DNA from: Octopus vulgaris
Taxonomy: Eukaryota
Direction: 5' to 3'
Length of the DNA: 64,000 bases
Assembly: GCA_951406725.2 (NCBI GenBank)
Contig: OX597838.1
Location: 31,620,001-31,684,000 of the forward strand
The notes under the pieces were generated by a model. It was not told the origin of the DNA and searched no databases. It saw nothing but the letters and a program-made list of their open reading frames with translations. Position 1 is the first letter of the stretch; every line of letters begins with the position of its first letter. Position numbers and translations under genes: made by a program. This document shows positions 13,169-27,870 of the stretch, one piece after another.

Positions 13169-13590
13169 GGCGAGCTGGCAGAAACGTTAGCACGTCGGGC
13201 GACATGCGTAGCCGTATTTCGTCTGCCGTTACGTTCTGAGTTCAAATTCCGCCGAGGTCGACTTTGCCTTTCGTCCTTTCGAGGTCGATTAAATAAGCAC
13301 CAGTTACGCACTGGGGGTCGATATAATCGACTTTATCCGTTTGTCTGTCCTTGTTTGTCTTCTCTGTGTTTAGCCTCTTGTGGGTAGTAAAGAAATAAGT
13401 ATTTCGTCTGCCGCTACGTTCTGAGTTCAAATTCCGCCGAGGTCGACTTTGCCTTTCGTCCTTTCGGGGTCGATTAAATAAGTACCAGTTACGCACTTGG
13501 AGTCGATATAATCGACTTTATCCGTTTGTCTGTCTGTCCTTGTTTGTCCCCCTCTGTGTTTAAGTCCCTTGTGGGTAGTAAAGAAATAGA
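13169..13590 (+). mobile_element. SINE family B, head-to-tail partial dimer
   Basis: Second unit restarts at GTATTTCGTCTGCC (13399), directly after the AGAAATAA tail. Confidence 0.9.
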
Positions 13591-16403
13591 TATTAACGGT
13601 GCGTAAACAAGGGGGAAACAAGTGTTAACGGGTTGGGGGCTGGCATTGGTGGGAAAACGATGAGGAAACCAAGAATTGTGGCAGATTTGAGGAAGAGAAA
13701 AAAATAAAAAAGAGAAAAAAAAAACGGATCATAGATCTTAGTCAGAACTGGCTCGGAACTAAATGACACCGACGACAACAACAACAACAACAAAGGCGGG
13801 GAGGGGTCGGGCGGGCGGGCGGTCACCAGCTTCCGCACTTCCAAGAAAGTACACTTGATCATTGTTGCAGAACTAAGTACTGACTTGCACATAACAACCC
13901 TAAAAAGGGGGCTCAGCAGGTTTATGTTTAGTTAGTTAAAGAAGCACTCTTCAGAGAGAACGAACGGCTGGGTGATTAAGCATCGATAGAGAGAGAACCA
14001 TGTCTACTACTTGCTCCACCCCACCCTCCTCCTCCCCTTCTGTCTAATTAATCAAACAATTGTCTCTTTCTCCAACCTTAATGAAGAAGACGCGTTTCCT
14101 CATTAGCGATATCAAATTCCTTCCTGGATGTGGACTTTAAACTGTTCAGATGTTTGAGAAAGGTTTTTATTTATCTATCTTATATATATATCAGTTTACT
14201 CAGGGTAGGGTTGCAGTGAGAGGAGAGAGATTAATGAGGTTGAACGTCAATGTTGTAAGATCGTCGACGTGGGCGGAGGTGAGGAATTTCCAGACTTTTG
14301 AGGTACAACGTTCAGTTCTAAAAGATGATAACTAGGTTTTCTCTGGTTCTCTTCTCATCTCCTCCCTTTTCATTTCGCCGTTTGTGCGTGTGTTTGCTTG
14401 TCTACAAGAATAGCCCCCCCCCACTCCACTTCCCTTTATTCTCTCTCTCTCTCTGTCTCTCTCACCGCTCCCTTACACTATGCTAATTACCAGGAATACT
14501 ACTCCCCCTCCCTCGTGTTTTTACTCCAGCAATCACCACAAAGGAAGAAGTGGCTGACAAGTGATGATGATGATGTTTCATTCCACTAATCCTCCCTTGC
14601 TGCTGCTGCTGTTGTGAATTGCCAATCTTTCAACCATACCCACCCCCACGACCGCTTACCACCAACTTTACCCTCACCCGTATCACGACATCGTCGTCGA
14701 CCACCATCACCACCATTACTGGAATCCCCACTCTACCAATTACCATTGTCACACCAGTGCACCTACCACTCCACCACATCGTAACTACCTGGACTATTAC
14801 CATCGCTAAACTCAATCCTACCAACACAATCCAGTTATCACCACAACCCCTTCATCACCACCACCACCATCACCCCACTCCCCAGTGGAAAATACAAGAA
14901 ATCCTCAACATCAGGCTATTGTTATTATTATTATTATTATTATAGCACTTACATCTACAGAACAACCACCAAAGCACGCCGTGCTTCTACCCACCACTAC
15001 TACAGACCTTCCCACCACTTAGTCCGACACCAGTGTCCCCTACTCTCGCCATCGCCGTCTTACCACGTTGCGACTGATCAGCAAAGAGGCAAGAGAAAAT
15101 AAATAAATAAATAAAAAATATCCCCCCCCCCCATCCCAAACCAAACCCCGTGGCATCTTCCTTGCTTGATAGGAAGCTTAACTGACGGACAAACCACCCA
15201 ACTGCCCGCCCGTATCCCATCTCCCACCCACACCACACTTCCATTGACTTGCCAACCTCACGGAATTCTTCATATTACAAATATCTGCCCACTTACAGCG
15301 TCACCCCCCCTTCCTAACCGACCCCTCCCCTCCTCCCTTTCTCTCTCTGTCGTTCTCATCCAGTCTCTCCTTTTCTCTCACTCACTCACAAATCTTTAGT
15401 TTATTAGTTTCCTTCCCCCTTAATCCTCGCCCCCTTTTCGTTGCTGTTTCCTGCCAGCTTCATCCCCGCCCTTCTCCTTCAACTCCGTCGTTGCACACCA
15501 TTCTCCGTCCGTCCGTCCGTCCGTCCCTCCATCCATCCATCCTTTCCCATTCCATGTTCTAGAAAGACCGATCTGATACATCATTATTGACGGTACAGTT
15601 TTAAATAAACATTAAACTTAATTCTATACACTATTTATTTATCGAATAAACACTTTTAACAATGTGTTTTTCCTTCTCCACGGAGACGACAGAAGCGGCG
15701 ACGGGGTGATGGTGGTTGGGGGTAGAGGCCGGAGAGAGAGAGAGAGAGAAATGTGATGTTAGAATGTTCATACCTTTTTCATGGTCGTCACAAGTGTGAC
15801 ATAAATTTAATATTAGTTTAAAAAAAAATTAGTGTTACATCACCTCCGCCACTAACACTAATCCATCACATGCCGACACCACCACCACCACCACTACCAC
15901 ATTAACAACACCACTTCGCTACACCATCACAAACTACTAGAAATAGTAACCGAATCACCCTCAAATCACCTCTTACCATCTTGAAAAAGGAAGGACATTT
16001 TGTTTTTTTATTGTGTAGTCCTAGATACTCAACGCCTAAGAAAACGGAATGGCCATGGACGGAACTCCTTATTTAGTCAGAATTGACCCCCAACCTAAAC
16101 AACCACTACATTAATCGACCACACCACACCACCACACCGCACCGCACCACCACAGTATACTAAGTACTAACTCAATATACCAGTACCGCCTCAGTATACT
16201 AGTACCACCATACCATACCATACCAGTTCCAGCGCGTTGTTCCACCACACCAATACCAGCGCCATCACAACACCGCCACATAATTTGTTTGCTTGTTTTT
16301 AGCCTATTAAATGTTCCAATCATATACTGCGCCGTTGAAAAACAATAGAATGAGGTGTTTCGTAGATGGGTTGACCTGTGTTTATTTAGAAACATAAAAA
16401 CAA

Positions 16404-16434
<31 letters not shown>

Positions 16435-16743
16435 AAAAGGAAAGAAAAAAAAAACACACAGAAAGCAGCAAGCCATCCCAAGCCATATTGCCTCTATCTA
16501 CCCCCCAATTAAGTGGCTTAGAGCAGTCAAGTCAGCCAGTGCCCCTCTGCTTTTTCTTTACGGCGCATTTTCTATTTCCCTTCAAACACAAACCGCAGCG
16601 TAACAATTTACTATTCAGTTACACTGGAATTTTTTTTAATTCATTTCCCGTGAAATAAAAGTGTGTGTGTACGTACGTGCGTGTATGTATATATGAATGC
16701 GCGTGCCGCGTGTATAATAAGTATTGTACATGTGTTTGATATG

Positions 16744-16890
<147 letters not shown>

Positions 16891-19800
16891 TAAAAGTCAA
16901 CTGCAAACATACACGTGCTATTATATACATAACATTACAATATATATTTATTGGAAAGTAATGTTAGAATAGATTATAGTGTTCAGATAGCTTCGAACAT
17001 GTGTGTGTGTGTATGTAGATATGTATGTATGTATGTATGTATGTGTGTGTGTGTGCATGCACCCACGTTTTCACTAGCGCATCTTCACACCCACCTATGC
17101 ACTATATTGTGTGTCACACGTCATGCAAGCCCCCCCCCCCCCTTTCTACCTTCTCGCTTTAACACATCACCACCAGCCTCCCACCCCCCCCCGTCTTCGC
17201 TCACCGCTGGTTTTGAAGAGCTTCTGTGACGATTATTCTACGTTCGCGCACACACATACACACACACGCCGAGCACTTTCACTCTCTCTCTCTCTCTCCT
17301 TTACACGCAATTGCATTCATTCTGATGATAACTCACTCCCTGTCAGTATTATTGCCCGGAAAAAAAGAAAAAAAACGAGTGTGTGTGTCGTGACGAGTAC
17401 AAGTTGTGTTCCTATTTACCTTGTAAGCTAAATATTTTATTCCGTATGCGAGGTGTTGCCTCTGTTATAACAATATAACCGTGAGCGCACGCGCAAGCGA
17501 TGATGAGGGGCTTCGCCACACAGATGAGCGAGCGGTAAAAACGAAATTCACGGCTCAAGAGTTGCTGTCCTTCGATGATGTTCTCACTTAAAATTTTTCT
17601 ACCCCAGTTCAAGAGGTTATCCACCCGTATACGCACTGACCTATTTCACTAACCATCTTTTTCTCTTTCTATTTTTTCACCCCCGCACTTTCGCTCCATC
17701 ACACACAAACACACACACACTCCATCTCTCTCTCTCTCATTTTAATCCATTTCTTCACATCCGCTTTCTCTATCTCTTGTTTTCTTAATCTCTCCTCCAT
17801 CCCCTCTTTCTTCGTCATTCATCATTCTGCTCCCCCTCCCCCTCCTTCACCCCTTTATCTACTTAATCTCCCTTCCTTTTTTTCCCCCCTCTTCTCTCTC
17901 CACGCATCTTTTACTCCCTTGTTCTTATCTACATCACTGTCATCATCATCATCACCATCATCATCATCATCGGCCTCACCCGTACCGACTTCTTCCTCCC
18001 TAACTTTTAATGATTTTCTCTCTCTGTGTCATGTATTCATTCCTTCTACTCGGAAGCAATAATTATAATATAATAATAATACATAAAATGTTGTGCGTAT
18101 GCATCCTGGAAGATTTTAAAAATAAACTCGTACTTTTTAACCACTATCATCAATACTACGAACAGAGACTCCTTACAATCCGGCAATCTTGTCTTAATTG
18201 GTATTTCTAATACTTTACAGCTTCAACTCTTATCTCTCTATTCCTCCCTCACTTCTTCGACTCTTTCTCTCCACGTTTATTTCTTCATCTTTTCTTTGCT
18301 TCTGCACTTTCATTCATTTATCTCTCTCGCTCGCTTTCTCGTACCTTCTCCCCTTTCTGCTGTGTGAGTCTCATATCCATTCACATGATCCTTTTTCATA
18401 CGATGTTAATGTCTGTTGTCATTCGCCTCGCCTCATCATCATCATCATCATCGCCGTCGTCATTGTCATCGGCGCTGTCAGCTTACAACAGTACAACGTT
18501 TTTCTATTTGAAGTCATTTATCCACTACAAGTCGCACGTATCTGAACGAGTAAATAACGGAGGAAGGAGAAGAAGAGATGGTGATACCAAAGCAAGGGAC
18601 GAGAACTGATGAAAGAAAGAGTGTGTGAAGGAGAGAGAGAGGTTGAACCGGGTTTAAAAGAGATTATTTCACTGACCCCCGCCTCTTCTACTTTTGTTGC
18701 CATTAACAAGTTTGTTGTCAGTCGATTTGTCACTCGAAAAAAAACCCCCAAAAAACCCCCAAAAAAACTTGGAAATGGCTTTGACGGCTGCGGGCTGGAG
18801 CCTATGTCTTTTGTCATTGGATTGCGACCATGCTGGAGCATACAGCTGTGGTCTTAGCCCCCAACAAATCGACTACAGTACTTTTTTTTCTTCTTTTTTT
18901 TATCTATCTGGTAACTTATTCAATTGGTCGCTTTTACTGAACGGCTTAGTTCACAGGAATGTAAACAAACCGACACCGGTTATTAAGCGGTGGAGAGGGG
19001 GTTGACAGACACACACACAGATATTTGTTTATAATAAAATGATCATACACACATATACTTTAAACTATTTCACCGGCTTTAAGTCAGTTAACAACCACGG
19101 CCATGCTGGAGCACCGTCTTCAAAGAACTCGTGCAGGATTTCATCTCAAAACATTCGTTTACATGCATATTTTCATTCTCAATTCCTTTATCATCTTTAG
19201 GCCCCACCTTTTCTCTCCTTCATCATTCACTCATTTCCATTCTTCTTTCTTTCCTTCTCTCTATCATTACTTTCTCATCTCGTTTTATATTCGTCCTCAT
19301 CCACCTCTCTTACCCTACACATCCCCCTCTCTTACCCTACACATCCCCCCTCTCTCTCCATTTGATCCTTTTTCTACGCGTCTTCACTTTCTCATCATCA
19401 TCTCTCCTTCCTTCTCATCATCATCTCTCCTTCCATCTCACTCTGATCTCTTCCCTCTTTCCTTATCTATACCTCTTCCTCCCTCCCTCCCCTCCTTCCT
19501 TCCTTCCTGCCCCTCTTCCATCACCCATACAATATAAAATCGATTTTAACTATAAGGAATATGATTTCGTTTATAAATCACAAACTTCACATTTAAACAA
19601 CACACAACACACAGACACACACACATCTGAACATCTTGAGAGACAGAGAGAGAGAGAGAGAACAGTATCAGAGTAGCTACAAGACGATGGTATCGCTTAT
19701 AGTCCAGCGTGTGGTGAGAGAGAGAGAGAGATAGAGAGAAAGAAAGAGAGATATAGATAGATAGAGAGAGAGATAGAGGAGTCACTTATTGAGATTGGTG

Positions 19801-22068
19801 TCAATAGAATATGCTGATGAGCTGCAGTGGTGTAAGTGAGTAGGTTGGTATTGGTGGTGGTGGTCAGGTAGTTTACTAGTTTAACAGCCTCATTCACAGC
19901 GATTACTGAAGCAATTTCACTACCTTTTCTCTATCCATCTATTAACTTATCTCTGTCCCTCTCTCTCTCTCTCTCTGTAATATATATTAATTTCTTGTGT
20001 TGTTCCCTTCTTTATCTCTCACCTCTAAGTACTATTACCAACGTCCCTCTTTCTTAATATATCGTCCCTTCTCTCTCTTAATATATCTATATCTCTTTCC
20101 AGTTCCTTTCTATCTATCTATCTCTCTCTGCTCTGCCTATTTGTCTATCTTCTCTCTCTCTCTCTCTCTCTTTTTCCTTCGGTATATATTCTTTTATGAT
20201 GTATATAACCTCATCCTCCGTTAAGTTCTATGTCTACGTCTCATTTTTCTATTTTCAGCATCTCTCTCTCTCTCTCTCTCTTTCTCTAGTCAATCTCTTC
20301 TATAATTTCTCTCTCTCTCCTCTCATCTATCAAGTGCTATTTTCCCCTCCTCCTCCTCCTAACCCTCCACCACAAACCGATTCGCTGTTGTCGAACACAC
20401 ACACACACGCACACACACACACACAGAGTAACAGGGCGACACTTAGATGTACACACAGATCGGTGACTAATTATATTGCCGCCTCTCGTTCCATCTCTCA
20501 GTGATGTGTATCTAGGAGCTATTGAGACGGAGAATGGTCAGGTTTTTGGATAGATAGATAGTAACTCAGCTTACTAGTGCTGAGGTGTGCATGTTCGAGT
20601 CCCTTTCGCTTGCTTGAGAGCACTCCACCACTCAGTCAGTCAGTCAGCTTCGTAACACAAGACAAGACAACCGCTTCTTTCTCTCCCATTCACAATAAAT
20701 TCACTCGACTCTTAAAATGGATCTTTCCGAAAACTGGTAAATTTTTACGTAGTAAAGGAAATGTTGACATTTAAAATCTAGATCTGATAGAGAAAGTATG
20801 TGAATGCGTGTGTGTGTGTGTGTTTGATGTGAATATTCGCAACAGTTAGTGTAAATTATGTAATAGTTAACATTAAAAGGTTAGTTAGAAATAATTATGC
20901 ATATTTGTAATTGGGTAAAGGCAAGTCGATTTATTAGTCGAAGGAGTCGATAGTTCGTGTCACATGTCAGCGATGCCACTCCGTTTTAGAGGCATCTTAC
21001 TTCCACTGTCCCAGTTTATCTAACTGTAAATAGGTACAACTAGCGTAGCTCAGAGCTGGGGCTGCACGGCCCCTTTATGTATTTTGTACGAAGAGAGGGT
21101 AGGTTTTTGCTAGAACGGACTCCCTCCAAATATATTATAATTAGATTGAAATAAAGGTGATTGATAGTGGTGGGCTTAACGAGGGTGTTTTCCTTACCTT
21201 TCACACCTCTACAGGTTAAAAATTGCGACAGACATGCAAAGCTATAAACCACTGAAAATCAAGGGGTTTGGCTTTATGAAAACCACTGATTCAGCGCCCA
21301 TGCCGGAGCACGAATCACCGACGCCTCCATCACCATCCACGTACATATGTCTCTTTGTGTTGATGGTTCTACGAGCTAGGCTTGTGTTCTCTCTAAGGGT
21401 TCACAGCAGTAAAGCAATATCACACACGCACACACACACACCGAGTAAGGAAGCGGAAGTAAAATCGGAATGATAACCGATGCTGGAAATATTGTTGGAA
21501 TGATATTTGTGTGGGGTGGGGTGTGTGGGGAGAGAGGCTCATAACAGTAACAGGTGCCCACTAAGTGTCCGTTCACTGTGACACGGCGAGTGATGACTAG
21601 CCACAGGTCAGTTAGGACTAAGCAGGCCTGTGATCAAAAAGCATTCCGACTTCAGCCATTGGTCTAATTTTTTTTGTATATTTCTGTATAGACACAATGT
21701 ATCACATTATCGATAGTATGCGTTTTTTTTTTTGTTTTTTTTTTAATACGATAGGGTGTGATTTGTGGGCAGATTTATGATTTATTTATCTGTTATCTCT
21801 AGCAGACTGAGCGACCGCGTTTGAAGCTTCCTTATTAGTTTGTGATGTTGTTGGATAGATATTGGCAGAGGTTCGAACTTATTTCGGTTGGTTGCGATCC
21901 ACCCAAAGAATAACGGAACTGGCAGACAGACTTCTTGTCTGGGAATTCTCGCTTATCTTCCGCTATTGCTCCGCCTTCCCCGCCACATCCAGCTTGTAAA
22001 TAAGAGAAGTGGGGTAAACGCGGTAGTCCGAGCTTTTACCACTTTGCGTGTGAAAAGGTTTTGGTCTT

Positions 22069-22345
22069 TGACGTCAATCTTACACACACACACTTTTATT
22101 ATTTCTAGGTCGGCAACAACAACATCCGCCTTGAAAAGAAAATATAGTGAAAAAAACAGAGAAAAATCGTCATTACTTAAATACCAGCAAACAACGACAT
22201 TATTAATAAACACAACAAAATGATACCATTTTGGGACAATGGTCATCGAAACTAGAGGCTGGATTTTTTATTTGAAATAATAGGTGTGTAGGTTGTGTTG
22301 AAAAAGCCGCGCATATATGACGTCAGAATTACGGCTGTTACGTCA
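22069..22345. promoter_or_regulatory. Cluster of CRE/ATF motifs in CpG-rich DNA
   Basis: TGACGTCA at 22069 and 22318, TTACGTCA at 22338. Confidence 0.45.
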
Positions 22346-24444
22346 TGGCTACCAATATAGAGAGCGGAGTCACAATTTCGCCTACGAAATTTTTTAAGGT
22401 TCACTTAATGTTTTTAATTCTTTTTAAGGGTGCTTGGTGATTTTTCTCGTTTCGAGAAAAAACCCTATTTAACCGTAAAATATATATAGCCGTGTGTCAA
22501 AAGAATAAATTGTTTTTATAAATATTTTTCTCGTTTTCTTTTTTCGGGTACTCCCACAAGAATTGCCCAGTTTTCAATCGATATATATTTTAAATAATTG
22601 ATATAGGGAGCCCCCTATTCCGAGGGTAGAAAAAAAACCCTATTTATTATCAGAAGTGAATTACAGGACTACAGGGTGTATATGAGCACGTGGTAGTGGG
22701 GATCGTCTGTGTTGGGGGGAAAATAAGTTTGATTTTAAAAATTTATAAATACGTAACTGAAATTCTTGTTTTGGTTTTGAAGACTTGGGTCAGAAACTTC
22801 GTTAGCGAGTGATTTCAAATTTGAACTTAAGCGAAATTTCGCTCATGGCTGGGGTGGAATGAGCGGGTGTTAGTGCTCCACCCCTCCGGCGGTACAGTCG
22901 ACCTGTTAGAAATAACAGCTAAGTTTCTTGATATTACGCTGTGTCGTCTTGGATCTTTTCTAAAAGATGGACAGAATTTTCTACTTAACTAAATACCATC
23001 TTTTAGAAAAGATCTGTCGTCTTTAATATAAAGTTGGAGACAATGAACCATGTAGCTCTCAAAATATAAAGCACATTGGATGGTTATAGTGAAATTGCTT
23101 TTGATCAGAGGGTTGATTGTTCATCTAGTGTTGACCTGGGGTTAAATAGAAATAAAAGATCTGTAAGAAAAATAATCAGTAAAAATCCAGGTTCACGTTT
23201 CCTGTTACAGCGTTAGCAAATCACAATGAGATAGGTGTACAATAATAAATAATTTATTTACAATAATAACTATTGAGGATGGAATTAATAGAGTTTTCGT
23301 TTCCACCCCACAGCGATTCCTGCTGCAAAGGGAACCCTCACTGAAATCGGGACAATTTTTTTTTCCTTTTAAATAAAAAAAAAAAATCCTTGTTTTAGCA
23401 TTATCGAAAAATGAAACGGTCTGATTGGATAACAGTTTGGTGGGTATTCCATCACCATTGCTCGTCACCAGTCGGTAAAATATTCGGGTGGGTGAATGTG
23501 TCGTCTTTCCTCTTTTAGTGTCGCTATTCAGACCAGATTCCCTCTCTATAATTCCCCGTTTACTCACTACCCATGTTCCCAGCCTCATCAGTCCCACTTC
23601 CACCCAGAGGATGAAGGGAGGTCTTGCAAAGGTCGTAGGTACCGGCTCTCTGTCCTCTAATTTGCTTATGAAACTAAACATGCTTTGTCATGAAGCAAAC
23701 GTTAATTGCTCCCTCACCCCCTGCATCGCCGAAAATGTTACGCCTTGCCCTAATCCTCTGAACATTTATGGTGTGTAAAGGGGACGACAATCCGTTCAGC
23801 ATTATCATCACAGCGTTTGTAAATTCTGTGGTTATTTAACCCTTGAGGAGACCTGTCAAGTGTCATAGTGTATCTGGGACTGTTCAATATGACCCCTTTT
23901 AATTGAAGACTTTAGGGTGCGGTTTGAGCAAGATTTGACTATTTGTAATAGACCAAGCGACGATGTAGTTTCTGCTACAAATATTTCACTGACCCCTGCT
24001 GGACAGTTTACTAAATTCTTCTTCACCTTTCCTAATTACCGGGAGTAGATTAATACAGTGTGCCATTGTTGAAGGAGGCTAGTGTTCACGAATGCATGAC
24101 ATAAAATGACAATACAAAGAGATTCTCTGGGAACATCACCCAAGATAGACTAGCATCTTATACAGGTAGATACTTTATCTTTCACCAGTTTAACGGAGTA
24201 GAATCTGGAGTTAATATCAGGGTGTTGCTGATAGTTAACAAAGAATTTGATTTAACACCAATTATACTGCTGGCATTTTTTTAACTGACCACAAATCGAT
24301 GGAGAATATCCTAAGGACCCCTAACCCCAAAATGCACGACCCATCAACAAATTTGTCTCATGTCAAACAAATCGTAATTGTGTGTGTGTGTGTGTGATCT
24401 GCCTATAAAGCTTCGTAACTGTGAATGGAATTGTAATTGAAGAT

Positions 24445-24778
24445 TTTAGAGATGTGAAGGATCTCTGGAGTAATGTTACTTGAAAGGGTGCATAGCTCAT
24501 AGCTCTAGGTTGAGCCGCTCCTTTCATGCATTGAGAGGTCACAGCTGTGGTTAGAATGTCGCAGGAATGAACTGCAAGGCGGATTCTTCAAGCCAAGCCA
24601 ACTAGTAAGAGGCCGAGGAATAGACCAAGAATGAAATACTAGGTAATAGCGAGAAAGTGTAATGACAGCTGCTTCTGATAGGACCCTATGGAGGAAGTAC
24701 CTGAAAACTCTACCCCTGCGAACCTCCCAGGAATTGTTGGCGGAGAAAACGAATGAATGGATGGATGTTCTGTGGCAA
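24445..24778 (+). mobile_element. Decayed RTE-clade LINE 3' end
   Basis: Pieces translate as VEPLLSCIERSQL, KPTSKRPRNRPRMK and ASDRTLWR; (GATG)n tail. Confidence 0.8.
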
Positions 24779-24858
24779 GACACAGGGTTCAGAGTACCGG
24801 TATTTTTCCTGTGTTGATGGATAAGACACGCATTGTTGTTGATTTTCCATGTTCATAA

Positions 24859-25159
24859 GGCGGCGAGCTGGCAGAACCGTTAGCACGCCGGGCGAAATGC
24901 GAAGCCGTATTTCGTCTGCCGTCACGTTCTGAGTTCAAATTCCGCCGAGGTCGACTTCGCCTTTCATCCTTTCGGGGTCGATAAATTAAGTACCAGTTAC
25001 GCACTGGGGTCGATGTAATCGACTTAATCCGTTTGTCTGTCCTTGTTTGTTCTCTCTTGTAGGTAGTAAAGAAATAGGAATTTCGTCTGTCTTTGTGTTC
25101 TGAGTTCAAATTCTGCCGAGGTCGACTTTGCCTTTCATCCTTTCGGGGTCGATAAATTA
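24859..25159 (+). mobile_element. SINE family B with partial second unit
   Basis: Full head and core; restarts at GGAATTTCGTCTG (~25077). Confidence 0.88.
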
Positions 25160-25743
25160 GACGAGTCAGGCTGTGGCAACTGTTCATGAGTTGGTACTGT
25201 CTACAGTTACATTCAACGGTGTATCCTTCCTTTTCAAAGATAGCAGGGTGTGATTTGAGGCCGGTTTAGTAATTAATTCTAGTAGATCGAGTGAGTACGT
25301 AGAGATTCTCTCGCTGGATTTTGATAGGTATTTCCCATGAGCAAATGATTTTCAGCTTTTCACATTAAGGTCAACTGATGACAAGGGACTTTCTAGACAC
25401 TTCGGAAGTTAAACAACAAAACTCGGGGAAATTGACGGTGACCTTCGTTCTTATAATTGAGTTTACCAAGGGACAAAGAGCAGAAGAATTCTAATGTGCC
25501 AGAAAGGGCCTTTCTCTCGCCACAGAATTAGGGGAGGCTGTCCACTATATTAATATTGTACAGTGATTGTCTCATCACTATTTCAGCGAGTCCGGTGAAG
25601 TTTATGCTTCGCTGATGAGGTCATAATAATACAGAAAAATGTCCGAAATTGTCCATATTTTCTATCATCATTTTCTCCCCGTTACTACATGATTATTTCT
25701 AGTTTAGTTGTTCAACGCTTAATACATGGAATATATTGAAGAG

Positions 25744-25777
<34 letters not shown>

Positions 25778-26030
25778 ACGTACTTGGCTATGATTGGTCA
25801 CACCAAAGAACGCTGTTCAAAGTAGTCGTAAACATCTTAGAAAATCAGAAAATGTGAGTTGGTGGACCATGAGATGTCGAGGCTCTTCTACAAACTTCCT
25901 TCTCACCTGCCATCCATCTACACTTCTTCCATTAATGCCCTCCTCTTATTAATTTCCTACTAGCTTCATATTGGCACTTGCCATCATTAACTTCCTAATT
26001 CTATGTATTGCCATTATTTATTCTTTAGAG

Positions 26031-26207
26031 CAGTGCTTTTCAAACTTTTTGCTGGAGCGGAACCCCAAGGAAACATTCCACTGGCTCGAAGAACCCGTGC
26101 AATAATTTAATAGTCTTATGCACACATATCTGCACAGGAGAATTAAAAATTACTGCCGATTTTAGCAGTTTTGTAACTTCTTGCGGAACCCTGGTTGAAA
26201 ACCACTG
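26031..26207. mobile_element. hAT-type MITE
   Basis: CAGTGCTTTTCAA...TTGAAAACCACTG TIRs; 8-bp TSD CTTTAGAG/TTTTAGAG. Confidence 0.85.
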
Positions 26208-26343
26208 TTTTAGAGAAACATCTCTAAGGATAAAATAAAAAGAATTAAAAAAATAAACAAATCCAAAATATAAAAAAAAATTCTTACCCCTATAATAGGG
26301 CCAGTTTAAGAAAACTGTCGGCCAGCCCGAGGGTAATCCTGAA

Positions 26344-27172
26344 GGCGTGTGGCCAAGAGGTTACGGGATTCAGTTCACGATCGTAATGCCGTGAGTTCGA
26401 GCAAGACACTTTATATCACGTTGCTCCAGTCCACTCAGCTGGCAAAAATGAGTTTGCACCTGTACTTCAAAAGGGCCAGCTTTGTCACTTTCTGTGTCCC
26501 GCTGAATCTCCCTGGGAACTACGTTAAGTGTACGTGCATTTATGGAGTACTCAGCCATTTGCACGTTCGTTTCACGAGCAGACTGTTCTGTTGATTGGGT
26601 CAACTGCAAACCTCGCCGTCGTAGTGGCCAAGAGGTTATGGTGTTCAGTTCATGATCGTAAGGCCGTGAGATCGAGCAAGACACTTTATATCACGTTGCT
26701 CCAGTCCACTCAGCTGGCAAAATGAGTTTGCACCTGTACTTCAAAAGGGCCAACCTTGTCACTTTCTGTGTCCCGCTGAATCTCCCTGGGAACTACGTTA
26801 AGTGTACGTGCATTTATGGAGTACTCAGCCATTTGCACGTTCGTTTCACGAGCAGACTGTTCTGTTGATTGGGTCAACTGCAAACCTCGCCGTCGTAGTG
26901 GCCAAGAGGTTATGGTGTTCAGTTCATGATCGTAAGGCCGTGAGATCGAGCAAGACACTTTATATCACGTTGCTCCAGTCCACTCAGCTGGCAAAAATGA
27001 GTTTGCACCTGTACTTCAAAAGGGCCAACCTTGTCACTTTCTGTGTCCCGCTGAATCTCCCTGGGAACTACGTTAAGGGTACGTGCATTTAGGGAGTACT
27101 CAGCCATTTGCACGTTCATTTCACGAGCAGACTGTTCTGTTGATTGGGTCAACTGCAAACCTCGCTGTCGTA
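26344..27172 (+). repeat. Three tandem copies (~275 bp) of an internally deleted tRNA-derived SINE
   Basis: GTGGCCAAGAGG at 26349, 26624 and 26898; 3' domain homologous to 746-1129. Confidence 0.9.
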
Positions 27173-27454
27173 ATTTGTTTTTGAATTCTGATAGAATAAG
27201 ATCCATAGTGGAAGGCATTCCAGTCGTGAAAGATCCTTCAATTTCAAAGCTGAAGAGGGCCGATTTCTTGTAGGTCTACCAAACCATATTGTCGTACCCG
27301 CGTTAGTTCATCTCTTAAGAAAGCAGTTTCCTGTAATTGGGGTAGAAACGATCTCTGAGACAAACTAATGAAGGGAACTCCCAACAAGGTCACTCGATCG
27401 ACAAGGAAAAGCAACCATAATCTTGGATACACCATGTTTGAATAAATGACAGAA

Positions 27455-27622
27455 GCAGGAGTGGCTGTGTGGTAAGTAGCTTGTTTACCAACCACATGGT
27501 TCCGGGTTCAGTCCCACTGCGTGGCACCTTGGGCAAGTGTCTTCTACTATAGCCTCGGGCCGACCAAAGCCTTGTGAGTGGATTTGGTAGACGGAAACTG
27601 AAAGAAGCCCGTCGTATATATG

Positions 27623-27653
<31 letters not shown>

Positions 27654-27870
27654 ATATGTTTGTGTATCTGTGTTTGTCCCCCTAGCATTGCTTGACAACC
27701 GATGCTGGTGTGTTTATGTCCCCGTTACTTAGCGGTTCGGCAAAAGAGACCGATAGAATAAGTACTGGGCTTACAAAAGAATAAGTCCCGGGGTCGAGTT
27801 ACTCGATTAAAAGCGGTGCTCCAGCATGGCCACAGTCAAATGACTGAAACAAGTAAAAGAGTAAAGAGAG
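27455..27870 (+). mobile_element. SINE family A
   Basis: Near-identical to 37846-38260 and 45377-45793. Confidence 0.9.

Noticed and set aside
23205-23778. Overlapping 158-aa and 96-aa ORFs in unique sequence
   Set aside because: No recognisable domain or convincing splice sites; the minus-strand frame runs through homopolymer tracts
25367-25660. Two CTGATGA...GAAA hammerhead-like motifs (~25375 and ~25612)
   Set aside because: Stem I or II and the NUH site cannot be formed in register; at best heavily decayed
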